Shown here one piece after another: positions 24,016-33,256 of a stretch of 64,000 nucleotides of DNA. The position numbers were made by a program, and so were the translations under genes. The notes under the pieces were generated by a model. It worked only from the letters and a program-made list of their open reading frames with translations, did not search any database and was not told where the DNA came from. Source of the stretch: a virus; IMG/VR virus record IMGVR_UViG_3300045988_130750, positions 64,001 to 128,000 of that record. One strand, given 5' to 3'. The number at the start of each line of letters is the position of its first letter. Position 1 is the first letter of the stretch.

Positions 24016-24471
24016 GTGAAATTAAAGGATAAAATACGAGATAAATTGAGACATTGGTTATTAGAGGATGACTTGTTTCAAGTGGAAGCAGCTAAAAAAT
24101 CATATAAAGATGCAATAGAAAAATGTAAAGACGCAGAGGGTAGATATAGATATGCTAATATTCAATTATCTGACGCAGCCGTTACATATAAAAATTCTTA
24201 TAAATTAGTTGATGATTGTCATAAAATGATGAATTCGATGATAAATGTTGGAACTGATGTCGGTTTTTATTCAGAAGACCATTCTTGGGCGGTTGTGTGT
24301 ATCAAAGGACATCCTGAATATGTGAAGTTTATTCCATTATCACATAGAGACGCACGTGATGTACTTGAATTTTTAAAGCATTTTAGATATTCAAACAGAG
24401 TAATTGATTCGCCTTTTGCATTTAGAGATATGGTTGACCGTTGTATTATGGAGAATCCGTTTGGAAAGTAA
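24016..24471 (+). CDS. hypothetical protein
   Basis: GTG 24016 lies 6 nt after GAAGGTGA. Confidence 0.6.
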   Translation: MKLKDKIRDKLRHWLLEDDLFQVEAAKKSYKDAIEKCKDAEGRYRYANIQLSDAAVTYKNSYKLVDDCHKMMNSMINVGTDVGFYSEDHSWAVVCIKGHPEYVKFIPLSHRDARDVLEFLKHFRYSNRVIDSPFAFRDMVDRCIMENPFGK

Positions 24472-24482
24472 AGTGAGGTGAA

Positions 24483-24779
24483 ATGGTGAAAATAACAATT
24501 GATATTCCAAGAGGATATGAAAGAGATTTTATCGCTGATCAGTTTAAGGATTTCTTTTCCAGAGTAATTGCAGATATTAACTGCGATGGAATGTGTGGTA
24601 ATTATGAAAAAGAAATCGCAGAAATGTTTTTAGAGGCATTTGATAAAGCTATTGTTGGTGATGTTAATCTAAATGCAAATGTTATTCCAGTTGCAAATAT
24701 ATCTTTTAACGAAGAAGATATACAGAAGATGATTCAAGATAAATTAAAGAAGTTTCAAATAGAGAATAATCTAATATAG
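24483..24779 (+). CDS. hypothetical protein
   Basis: ATG follows AGTGAGGTGAA. Confidence 0.6.
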   Translation: MVKITIDIPRGYERDFIADQFKDFFSRVIADINCDGMCGNYEKEIAEMFLEAFDKAIVGDVNLNANVIPVANISFNEEDIQKMIQDKLKKFQIENNLI

Positions 24780-25010
24780 AAGTAATTCTATTCACGGCTG
24801 ATCAGCCAAATTTTCCAAATAAAAGTAACAAGAAATATTTTTTTCATTATTCTCTGTCAAAATACACTATTTTGCAGAGGTTACGTAACCATAATTACCT
24901 AGGAGTTACTGCTTAATTCCTTTCTTCTTAATACTATTTTGTTGTAAAATCACTCGAAAATAGACACGTCTGCCTAATCGAATGAAAAAAATAATTCTCA
25001 AGGGCTACGA

Positions 25011-25892
25011 GTGTTAAGTTTATGTGGTGGCGTAGAAACAGGATTATATGCGTTACAACAACTTGGAATACCTATAAGAGAATATCATACATATGAAATT
25101 TTACCAGAAGCCATAGCAGTTTCTCAGTGCCATTTTCCGTTTGTGGTACATCATGGCGATTTATATGAAGCGGATTTTGAACAATTCAAAGGATTTGATC
25201 TTCTGTTGGCAGGAACTTGTTGCCAGTCACTTTCAAGAGTACGAATTGAAAGTAAAGAAGTCAATAATGGTCTTGATGGTAAGTCAGGAATTTTCTTTAA
25301 AGCGATTGAGTGTCTTAGGGTAATTCAACCCAAATATTTCATGTTTGAAAATGTAATACCAAGCAGTGATGAAGATTTGAAAACAATGACAGAATGTATT
25401 GGTGTTGAACCTATTTTGATTGATTCTGGAATTTTTTCAGCTCAGAATCGTGAGAGATATTATTGGACAAACATACCACTAGGCGAATTGCCTGAAGAAT
25501 CTTCATTAGTTTTGAAAGATATTATGGAGAATAATGTAGATGAGAAGTATTTCTACAAGAAGGACTTTGAGATTTTGGATATGAATAAGCGTGTATGTGC
25601 TGAATTAAAAGTTAATTCTATGGAAATGAATAGAAGAATTTATAATCCAGATTTTAAGTGCAGCACATTAACTTGTATCAATGGTGGATACCACGAAAAG
25701 AAAGTATTAGATAGTGGCAGACCAAGAAAACTTACAGAAATTGAATATGAGAGATTGCAGGGATTATCTGATAATTTCACAAAAGTTCAGCTCAAAAGTC
25801 GTTATTTATCATACTCAAAAAGGTGCAGTCTGATGGGTAATGGTTGGAATGAACCAACAGTTGAATGGATCTTGAGCGGATTAAGAGAATAA
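25011..25892 (+). CDS. dcm: DNA (cytosine-5) methyltransferase, 5' end ambiguous
   Basis: LSLCGGVETG (motif I-like), GTCCQSLS (PCQ-like motif IV), FMFENV (ENV), SAQNRERYYW (QxRxR), and a C-terminal GNGW. An upstream ATG at 24982 is out of frame across an A7 run. Confidence 0.75.
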   Translation: MLSLCGGVETGLYALQQLGIPIREYHTYEILPEAIAVSQCHFPFVVHHGDLYEADFEQFKGFDLLLAGTCCQSLSRVRIESKEVNNGLDGKSGIFFKAIECLRVIQPKYFMFENVIPSSDEDLKTMTECIGVEPILIDSGIFSAQNRERYYWTNIPLGELPEESSLVLKDIMENNVDEKYFYKKDFEILDMNKRVCAELKVNSMEMNRRIYNPDFKCSTLTCINGGYHEKKVLDSGRPRKLTEIEYERLQGLSDNFTKVQLKSRYLSYSKRCSLMGNGWNEPTVEWILSGLRE

Positions 25893-25945
25893 CATAATAT
25901 GAAGTTCCATTGAAAGTGGAATTTCTTGTGGAGAAAGGAGAGAAT

Positions 25946-26668
25946 ATGTATCCAGAATACGATGATTTTTATGAGCCAAGTGAAGGCGAAATGTTTTTTG
26001 ATGAAATGAAAGAAAAGTTCAGAGAGATTTTGCGTGAAGATGTAAACTCTGAAATCAGTAAATTAACAAAAGAAAATGCAGAATTAAGACAGAAAGTTAA
26101 AGAGTACAATGATAAAAATTGGGATCTGTCTCGTAGAGAAAATGATTTACAGTACAAAATGGACAATTACAAACGAGAGGTAGAAAACGATTTTTACAAT
26201 AAAACAATGGAAGAAGTTTTTGAGAAATTATTAGATGACTCAGAAGTGTGGTATGCAGAACATGTTCCTCATGAGAAACCAAAATGTAATTTATGTAACG
26301 AGGAAAGAAAACTCGTTGCAGTATATCCAAATGGTGAAACTGTGACCAAGGAGTGTGAATGTTCTCGACCAACATATATTTATGAGCCAATAATTTCATT
26401 GAATAAAGAGATTAAATTTCATAAAGCATATAAGCCAAGATACAGTGATAAAAAGAAAATCTATTTTACTAAAAATCACAGACCAAACAAGGATTATGCA
26501 GATGCGTATGATTATTATAGTGAATTCAGAATAGAAAATATTTTTGATGATTTTAATGATGATGTAATTGCATATCACAATGGTAAAAGATATGGAGAAA
26601 AAATTGCATTCAGGAGCAAAGAGGCTTGTCAGAAATATTGTGATTGGCTTAATAAGGAGAATAAGTAA
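25946..26668 (+). CDS. hypothetical coiled-coil / zinc-ribbon protein
   Basis: ATG 25946 follows GGAGAAAGGAGAGAAT. Contains CNLCN...CEC. Confidence 0.6.
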   Translation: MYPEYDDFYEPSEGEMFFDEMKEKFREILREDVNSEISKLTKENAELRQKVKEYNDKNWDLSRRENDLQYKMDNYKREVENDFYNKTMEEVFEKLLDDSEVWYAEHVPHEKPKCNLCNEERKLVAVYPNGETVTKECECSRPTYIYEPIISLNKEIKFHKAYKPRYSDKKKIYFTKNHRPNKDYADAYDYYSEFRIENIFDDFNDDVIAYHNGKRYGEKIAFRSKEACQKYCDWLNKENK

Positions 26669-27454
26669 ATGGCATATATAAAAGAATATTGGCAGAATAA
26701 AGAACAGAGAGCAGAAACTGCTCGCAAACATACAAAAGAGATGCAGAATAAATATGGTTGTTGCATTCAAACTTCAATTTTGGGTACAAAAATTTATGAC
26801 ACGGATTCATTTGATAGGGATTTTGAAGAGGATATCGAAGACAAAGATACCAAGATTATTGTAGAGAATATTGATAGTGTAAGTGCTGTAATGAAATACG
26901 GCAATCCAAGTACAGCAGTTCTTAATTTCTCATCATATAAAAATCCAGGTGGAATGTTTTTGAACGGTAGTAAAGCACAGGAAGAGTGTTTGTGTCATGA
27001 ATCATTCTTATACAATGTATTAAGTCAATTTGTATTAGAATTTTATGATTGGAATAATCGACACAAGAATAAGGCTTTATATTTGAACAGAGGATTATTT
27101 TCTCCTGGTGTTTGGTTCTTTAGAGAGAATGATCATGTAGAGTGTAATGTTATTACTTGTGCTGCTCCAAATAAGTCGGCAGCACAAAAATATCAGAATG
27201 TGTCAGACGAAGAGAATATTAAAGTATTAAGAAGTCGAATTAGGTTTGTTCTTGATATGGCGAAGGATAATAACGTAAATACTCTTATCTTAGGAGCATA
27301 CGGATGTGGAGTGTTTGGACAAGATGGGACAGAAGTAGCGAATATATTTAAGGAATATCTGACAACTACTTATAAGTGCTTTGACACTGTGATATTTGCA
27401 GTTCCAAGTGGTAGAGATGGCAACTATGAAAAGTTTGCAAAAGTTTTTGAGTAG
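26669..27454 (+). CDS. macrodomain protein of the bacterial PARG-like TIGR02452/DUF2263 type
   Basis: VLNFSSYKNPGGMFLNGSKAQEECLCHESFLY and LGAYGCGVFGQD match the family signatures as I recall them (LNFAS.KNPGGGFL.G..AQEE.LCR.S.LY; LGAWGCGVFGN). Confidence 0.75.
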   Translation: MAYIKEYWQNKEQRAETARKHTKEMQNKYGCCIQTSILGTKIYDTDSFDRDFEEDIEDKDTKIIVENIDSVSAVMKYGNPSTAVLNFSSYKNPGGMFLNGSKAQEECLCHESFLYNVLSQFVLEFYDWNNRHKNKALYLNRGLFSPGVWFFRENDHVECNVITCAAPNKSAAQKYQNVSDEENIKVLRSRIRFVLDMAKDNNVNTLILGAYGCGVFGQDGTEVANIFKEYLTTTYKCFDTVIFAVPSGRDGNYEKFAKVFE

Positions 27455-27487
27455 TATAAGAAACATAGATTTCTTTTGGAGGTTTAA

Positions 27488-27679
27488 ATGGGATTAATTG
27501 AAAAATATGAAAAAAGAAAACTAAGATATGAGAAGCAACTTTCTCAAATGTCAGATGATAGTGAACTATCAGAGTATGGATTTTGGGATAAAGGGTATCT
27601 GCGTGGGAAAATTGCAATATGTGATGACATTATAGACGATTTGAATAATATCTTAATTAAGTACAATAAAAAGCAATAG
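27488..27679 (+). CDS. hypothetical protein
   Basis: ATG follows TTGGAGGTTTAA. TTTC box at 27470-27479. Confidence 0.6.
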   Translation: MGLIEKYEKRKLRYEKQLSQMSDDSELSEYGFWDKGYLRGKIAICDDIIDDLNNILIKYNKKQ

Positions 27680-27702
27680 TGTCAAATTTAAAGGAGAATA
27701 AT

Positions 27703-27963
27703 ATGGCAGGATTTGTCTCAAAACAACCAAATGGATTATATTGTAGATTTTCGACCGTTACGGATTGCCCTACAGCATGGAATATGACACGAGAAGATTA
27801 TATCAATATGAAAATGCAGGAAGCAAAAGAAGACGCTGAGAATGTGTTGGATAATTATTTAAAGCCGTTTGATATGGTGCTAGATATGTATTATCCAAAC
27901 AATATGACAAAAGAGAAATTTAATGAGTTCCTTGAAGAAACTGGCTATAGTAAAGGAGAATAA
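27703..27963 (+). CDS. hypothetical protein
   Basis: ATG 27703 follows AAAGGAGAATAAT. Confidence 0.6.
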   Translation: MAGFVSKQPNGLYCRFSTVTDCPTAWNMTREDYINMKMQEAKEDAENVLDNYLKPFDMVLDMYYPNNMTKEKFNEFLEETGYSKGE

Positions 27964-27968
27964 ATCAT

Positions 27969-28238
27969 ATGAAGAAGAAGATTTTAGCAGTTGTATTAGG
28001 ATTAACACTGTGTTTTGGAATGACTGGATGTACTAAAGGTGATATCGAACCTGAAAATAGTGATATTGGAAATAAATATATAGACTTAGTAACAATCTAT
28101 AAAGGTGATGCATATACTGAAGTTCTCTATGATAAGAATACTAAAGTTATGTATTTTGTAAAAAGATCAGGTTATCAATTTGGAATCACACCTATCTATA
28201 ATTCAGATGGGACAGTTAAATTGTATGATGAAGAATAA
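27969..28238 (+). CDS. lipoprotein
   Basis: MKKKILAVVLGLTLCFGMTGC is a signal peptide plus lipobox. Confidence 0.7.
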   Translation: MKKKILAVVLGLTLCFGMTGCTKGDIEPENSDIGNKYIDLVTIYKGDAYTEVLYDKNTKVMYFVKRSGYQFGITPIYNSDGTVKLYDEE

Positions 28239-28382
28239 TATGATAGATAACAAATTACGTCAGCAATATAGACAGGCTGCTGTCATTTTAAGAATAGAAT
28301 TTAAGGAAACTTGTTTGTACAGATTGTGCGAAGAAGTTGTGAAGAAGTTGAGTGAGATTTTGAATTGATAAAGGAGAATAGT

Positions 28383-28709
28383 ATGGCAGATTATAAGATT
28401 GGTCAGATTTTGACATCAACAGAAGAAGTAGAAATTGAAAAAGCATTATCAGGAGAAAGGGTAAAAATTCCAAAGGGTAATAAAGTAATCATTGGTGCAG
28501 ATAAATTGGCACATCATATCAGAAATGGTTTTATTCAGCCATTGGCAGAAGGTTTAATAGTAGAAGGATATGATACTGCTGGCATTGCAGAATATCTTTA
28601 TATTGTACTTAGAAATCATTTACCTATTGATGAAATGATGGAAGGATATGAAATCACCAAGCAGGAAGTTATTGATGAAATTGAATGTGCTTTAGATGAA
28701 ATTTTCTAG
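28383..28709 (+). CDS. hypothetical protein
   Basis: ATG 28383 follows AAAGGAGAATAGT. Confidence 0.6.
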   Translation: MADYKIGQILTSTEEVEIEKALSGERVKIPKGNKVIIGADKLAHHIRNGFIQPLAEGLIVEGYDTAGIAEYLYIVLRNHLPIDEMMEGYEITKQEVIDEIECALDEIF

Positions 28710-28752
28710 TTAACAGCAAACCGAATTTTCTTGGTGATTTAGGAGGTGAAAG

Positions 28753-29061
28753 ATGAGTAAAAACTATGAATTAGAGTTATATAAATTACTAATCAATCCA
28801 GAAGAAGACGATATTGACATCTCATATGTAGATGAATTCGGATGGGTTAATGATACAGAATTTTGTGTTTGGATTAATCTTAGTTGGTTTAATGAATTTA
28901 TCAAACGATTGAATGATATTTTCGGTTATTCATTATTTGATGAAGGTGGAATTGAAGCAAGAATTGGTAGTGATTATGTCTGTATCGACTTAGAAGAAGT
29001 TATTTCTGGATACGGTATTGATCTTGAAGAGGTATTTCCAAGAAGTAAATACACACATTAA
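28753..29061 (+). CDS. hypothetical acidic protein
   Basis: ATG follows TAGGAGGTGAAAG. TTTC box at 28727-28734. Confidence 0.6.
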   Translation: MSKNYELELYKLLINPEEDDIDISYVDEFGWVNDTEFCVWINLSWFNEFIKRLNDIFGYSLFDEGGIEARIGSDYVCIDLEEVISGYGIDLEEVFPRSKYTH

Positions 29062-29112
29062 GAGAATAATACATTGAAAGAAATCTTTCATTTGATGGCA
29101 GGAGGTGAACGA

Positions 29113-29328
29113 ATGGGTAAAATTAGTAAACAGACATTTATTGTAGAAGTTGCAACTGATAAAGATTCTTTTGAAGATTGGTTAGCAGAGAAGTGTTCAG
29201 AAATATACAATATGGCAATTGATGATTTTGTAGAAGCTATTGATGAAGAAGATAGAGACGAATATTTGGTTGACGATATGAGAAGAATCGAAGAATTAGC
29301 AGAAAAAGTCAAAGGAAGTAGAGAATAA
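29113..29328 (+). CDS. hypothetical acidic protein
   Basis: ATG 29113 follows GCAGGAGGTGAACGA. TTTC box at 29086-29094. Confidence 0.6.
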   Translation: MGKISKQTFIVEVATDKDSFEDWLAEKCSEIYNMAIDDFVEAIDEEDRDEYLVDDMRRIEELAEKVKGSRE

Positions 29329-29389
29329 TTAACTGAATAATACGAAAGGAGTGAGTGGCAGCCTTAAAGAAATTTCGCTCTGAGTAGTA

Positions 29390-30004
29390 ATGAAAACAGA
29401 TGAATATTTAAGATCATATATCAGAAAATATTTTTATCAACATTTAGATATTTGCAAATGTGATATATGTGGAAGTACGCATGATTTACAAGTACATCAT
29501 TCTGATATTCAATTTTTTGAGATGGTTGATAAGACTATGCAAGATCTAAATTTGAAATACTATTCTGATATTGAATTCTATTCAGACAATGAAAAGGATT
29601 TAATTATTACATACATTTTAGGATTACATATGAGAAGTAGATATCAGATATTATGCAAATCATGTCATACTAAAATACATCAGCAGGATGTCAAACGAAG
29701 AAAACAAATACTATCTAATATGCCAGAAATTATCAATTTTATACTTTTGCATAAAGACACAAGGTTATTTCAGGATGGAAAAATCGAATTGTTTAAATTG
29801 ATTAAACATGATTATTCGTCAATAAGGTATGTAAGTACAAATGAAATCAATATGTTTTTTGAAAAATATGATATTCCATTTAGATTATATGATAGAGACG
29901 ATAATGGAAAGAGATATATTGATAAAAGAAGAAGGTTGCCAAACGGAGAAATTAATAATAACAGGGATAAAGCATATTGGATATTGAAAAATATTATCCA
30001 ATGA
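29390..30004 (+). CDS. HNH endonuclease (free-standing, homing-type)
   Basis: CDICGSTHDLQVHHSD ... CKSCHTKIH is an HNH motif. No SD, unlike its neighbours. Confidence 0.65.
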   Translation: MKTDEYLRSYIRKYFYQHLDICKCDICGSTHDLQVHHSDIQFFEMVDKTMQDLNLKYYSDIEFYSDNEKDLIITYILGLHMRSRYQILCKSCHTKIHQQDVKRRKQILSNMPEIINFILLHKDTRLFQDGKIELFKLIKHDYSSIRYVSTNEINMFFEKYDIPFRLYDRDDNGKRYIDKRRRLPNGEINNNRDKAYWILKNIIQ

Positions 30005-30041
30005 AACTCGCATTTCATCACTTGGAAAGGAGAATAATACT

Positions 30042-30770
30042 ATGAGTTTAACACATAGAGAAGAAGTAAATCTTTACGAAGCAATTCAGAAATCATTTCC
30101 TAAAATCCTCATTAAAGATTTAGCAGAACACGAAAGAATTTGCCCTGTCTGTAATGGTCTTGGAATGAGAATTGAAGACAATGTTTATGGTATTAAGGGT
30201 GATGATTCTGAAGCTGGCAGAAAATATCATTTCCCATATAAGCATCAAGCACTTTCATTCTGTCGGAGCTGTTTCAATGGTGTACAGAGATTATGTCCTT
30301 ATTGTGGACAACCATATAAGAATCAGTCATATATGCATTGCGACTGCGAAGGACAGAAGAAAGCTGATGAAGAAGAGAAAATAAAGAAATGGAACGAAAA
30401 GGTTTCTAAAGCAGTTCCAGTTGAAGAAAAAGATGTGGACACAATGCTTTACTGTGAGGAATTTGATGAGTATTACGATACTGTTGATGATTTCTTTGAC
30501 GATTACGCAGTGAATTATTTGGACGAAGAAGTATATACAAAACCTGAGAGATTATGGGTATGCAGTGTAGAAAATATTCATATTGATGCTGATAATGTAG
30601 TTGACAATGCTTGCGAAGAGTTACATGAAGACGCTTATGAACAGTGTGATATTGGTGGTCTGCAAAATTTGTTAGATATCTGGTGTAAAGATCAGACGGG
30701 AGCTACTACATATTATCCATGTTATAAGCAGTATGTTTTGATTGATTGGGATGAGTTTGAAGGAGAATAA
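30042..30770 (+). CDS. multi-zinc-ribbon protein with acidic C-terminal half
   Basis: CPVCNGLG, CRSCFNG, CPYCG. SD is GGAAAGGAGAATAATACT. Confidence 0.6.
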   Translation: MSLTHREEVNLYEAIQKSFPKILIKDLAEHERICPVCNGLGMRIEDNVYGIKGDDSEAGRKYHFPYKHQALSFCRSCFNGVQRLCPYCGQPYKNQSYMHCDCEGQKKADEEEKIKKWNEKVSKAVPVEEKDVDTMLYCEEFDEYYDTVDDFFDDYAVNYLDEEVYTKPERLWVCSVENIHIDADNVVDNACEELHEDAYEQCDIGGLQNLLDIWCKDQTGATTYYPCYKQYVLIDWDEFEGE

Positions 30771-30774
30771 TACC

Positions 30775-31098
30775 ATGAAGAAACAAAGAAAACCAAAATG
30801 TGGTTATCAAATTGATAAATGCCCTATCTGTAAAGCAAAAACATTTGAGTATTGTTCTTATTCTGAATTCGGATGGGGAACAGTAGAACAGCATGGAAGT
30901 TGCAGTAGGTGTGGTTTTATAGTTGAACAAGCATACTCATCAACATTTTGTTGTTTTTGGGATATTGAGAAAGGATTCAAACATCCAAACGGAACATATT
31001 ATGCTAAAAATGTTAAAAAGCATAAAAGAATAAGAAGAAAACTTGGTATCAAAAATACGGATTATGAGATTAACCCAGAGTGGCTTAACTACATTTAA
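30775..31098 (+). CDS. zinc-ribbon protein
   Basis: ATG 30775 follows AAGGAGAATAATACC. Contains CPICK...CSRCG. Confidence 0.6.
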   Translation: MKKQRKPKCGYQIDKCPICKAKTFEYCSYSEFGWGTVEQHGSCSRCGFIVEQAYSSTFCCFWDIEKGFKHPNGTYYAKNVKKHKRIRRKLGIKNTDYEINPEWLNYI

Positions 31099-31188
31099 AG
31101 GATAACAAGAAACCTGTCTTTCTTTGGTTCGTAACAGAGAATTAATAAATAATAAAGTGATTTCTTTGGTTTTGTAGGAGGTGATTTG

Positions 31189-31521
31189 ATGTCGAAGATA
31201 AATTATCGTGTATGTGATATTTGTGGAAATAGAATTCCTGGTTTTGAATTTGATATTACAGGGATTGCCAAAAGATATATTAATGGCTGTCGAATTTGGA
31301 ATAAACTATTTAACAGATTGGATATCTGTGATGATTGCATTGATAAAATCAAGCGATTGTCCATAGATAAGAAAGATGAAGAGAAATACATAAAAGAAAT
31401 TTTTGATAAAGCAAAAGATTATGATAATCCAAATTTAAAGTCTGCTTATTATCAAGGTATTGAAGATACACTAAATGTTTTGAGTCATAAGAGATTAAAG
31501 AATTTGCCAAAACTAAGATGA
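31189..31521 (+). CDS. zinc-ribbon protein
   Basis: ATG follows TAGGAGGTGATTTG. Contains CDICGN...CDDC. Confidence 0.6.
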   Translation: MSKINYRVCDICGNRIPGFEFDITGIAKRYINGCRIWNKLFNRLDICDDCIDKIKRLSIDKKDEEKYIKEIFDKAKDYDNPNLKSAYYQGIEDTLNVLSHKRLKNLPKLR

Positions 31522-31616
31522 AATTTTGGTTTCTTTGGTTGTCACGAAAACTATACAATATTCGGGACAAGCTAAGTAAAACCACGTTTCCTTTGGTTGT
31601 GAAAGTAGGTGAGAAT

Positions 31617-32063
31617 TTGAAAAATATATTTTTAGAAGCTGCTACGAATTACGACAAGATGAGTGATTCAGAAAAAGCAGAAGCAAATGATAATATCAGA
31701 AAACAATTTGACAATATCATTCATGGCAATCATCCGAAAACAGAACGAGAAAAAGAGATTGATAAACTTGCAAGAGAAGAATTAGAGGAGTACAGACGAA
31801 AGAAGAAAGCCTTTTATACCAACCCCATTCATTGGGATAATAATAAACGTAGAAGACATGGACTTCCTGTATTAAGAGGTAGAATCAATAAACACCGTTT
31901 AAAAGAATATCCAGGATTCCATCCATCTGTACGACTCTTTTGTATGATGGAAGACTTATTCGATGAGATACTGATTACAACTATGGAGGATGGTTTTAAT
32001 TCTTTTGTAGAGGTAAAAGATTTGGCAGTTGGTGATGCAAATGTATTTAGAGTAAGTGAATAG
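31617..32063 (+). CDS. hypothetical protein
   Basis: Start refined to TTG 31617 after AGTAGGTGAGAA. The track start at 31518 would read through two TTTC boxes (31530, 31587). Confidence 0.5.
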   Translation: MKNIFLEAATNYDKMSDSEKAEANDNIRKQFDNIIHGNHPKTEREKEIDKLAREELEEYRRKKKAFYTNPIHWDNNKRRRHGLPVLRGRINKHRLKEYPGFHPSVRLFCMMEDLFDEILITTMEDGFNSFVEVKDLAVGDANVFRVSE

Positions 32064-32075
32064 GAGAATAACAAT

Positions 32076-32339
32076 ATGAGAGCATATGAATTACGACAAC
32101 ATGACGTAATTTCCTATTATCCTCCACAACCACACAAACAGGAATATAAACTTGGAGAACACATTTCAATTAACGAATTAGCCGAAATAATGTTTGCTTC
32201 ACCTGCTTTAAGGTTAGATAGAGATAAAAATGAGGACAAGATATTTCGAGTTATAGAAATAGAATATGTGAAATTTCCGTGGTGGAAGTTTTGGAAGAGA
32301 AGAAAATATGTTGAAGAATATCATTTAGAAGTAATGTAA
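32076..32339 (+). CDS. hypothetical protein
   Basis: ATG follows TAGGAGAATAACAAT. Confidence 0.6.
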   Translation: MRAYELRQHDVISYYPPQPHKQEYKLGEHISINELAEIMFASPALRLDRDKNEDKIFRVIEIEYVKFPWWKFWKRRKYVEEYHLEVM

Positions 32340-32356
32340 GGGAGACAAATTAAATT

Positions 32357-32635
32357 ATGAACAAGCGACAGAAAAAGAAATTATTTAAGCAGACACTTAT
32401 TAAGGTTAGAAAACTGCATCCACAGAAAGGTGATGTGATTTGTTTACAGCCAGATTTTGATTGGATTGATGCTGAAACTATGTGTCAGTTTATGAAAGTT
32501 TATTCAAATAATGATGTTTTTAGTAAATCGAAATTAGCTTTTGTACCTGCTGATATTAAGCAGCTAAAGAACAAAGAAGAAACTCAGATGTATGTTGACA
32601 AGTTACAGATTATTGTAGATCAGATGGGAGAATAA
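32357..32635 (+). CDS. hypothetical protein
   Basis: ATG follows AAGGGAGACAAATTAAATT. Confidence 0.6.
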   Translation: MNKRQKKKLFKQTLIKVRKLHPQKGDVICLQPDFDWIDAETMCQFMKVYSNNDVFSKSKLAFVPADIKQLKNKEETQMYVDKLQIIVDQMGE

Positions 32636-33178
32636 ATGATTAAGAAATATTGTGATGTATGTAATAAAGAAGTTGATTCATTAACGGAATATACGCTTCC
32701 AAAGAGTGAAAATATATTTGCAGAAGATAAATTTGGAACAAAACTAGCAATTGCTGGACAGACTTGTAATCCAGTTAAGAAAGAATTATGTCCTAGATGT
32801 GCTTTGTATTTGGCAAAATTTATTGACCAATATTTATTGCCAATAAGTGATGAAAATAGTGAATATGCATTGGCTCTGTTTAAAAAGAGTGGACTTTTTG
32901 CTGATGATACAAAAGAAAGTTTTTCTATAAATATATTATTACCTTGCCCTGTAGGAAGTGTAATTCTTAATAAGAAAAACGAAAAGATGTATGTTATTAC
33001 ATCATATAGAATTGGTGGAATAGGTCACGCACTCGCTAATTGTGTTGAAAAAACACCAAATAAAACAAGAGACAGAGTATTTATCGGGATAAAGAATGGA
33101 AGTTTCTCAGAGGATATTAAAATTCTTGAAATACCAGATAGTTCATGTGATTTAGGAGAATATTTAAGAGAACAGTAA
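32636..33178 (+). CDS. zinc-ribbon protein
   Basis: The ATG abuts the upstream stop. Contains CDVCNK...CPRC. Confidence 0.6.
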   Translation: MIKKYCDVCNKEVDSLTEYTLPKSENIFAEDKFGTKLAIAGQTCNPVKKELCPRCALYLAKFIDQYLLPISDENSEYALALFKKSGLFADDTKESFSINILLPCPVGSVILNKKNEKMYVITSYRIGGIGHALANCVEKTPNKTRDRVFIGIKNGSFSEDIKILEIPDSSCDLGEYLREQ

Positions 33179-33256
33179 AAAAGAAGCATTTCCTTTGAGT
33201 TTTTTGAATGACAAAGAGAGAATATATACATAGAAAATAGAAAGAGAGGTACTGAA

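Noticed and set aside
24788-24847. 19-aa hydrophobic peptide ORF on the minus strand (MKKIFLVTFIWKIWLISRE) preceded by ACAGAGAATA; considered as a type I toxin
   Set aside because: It is too short and has no charged tail. There is no evidence of an antisense RNA partner, and the upstream purine box is a common motif here. It cannot be separated from chance by eye.
31518-31616. N-terminal 33 codons of track ORF 31518..32063
   Set aside because: This stretch contains two copies of the intergenic TTTC box (31530, 31587), and a proper SD (AGTAGGTGAGAA) precedes TTG 31617. It is treated as intergenic.
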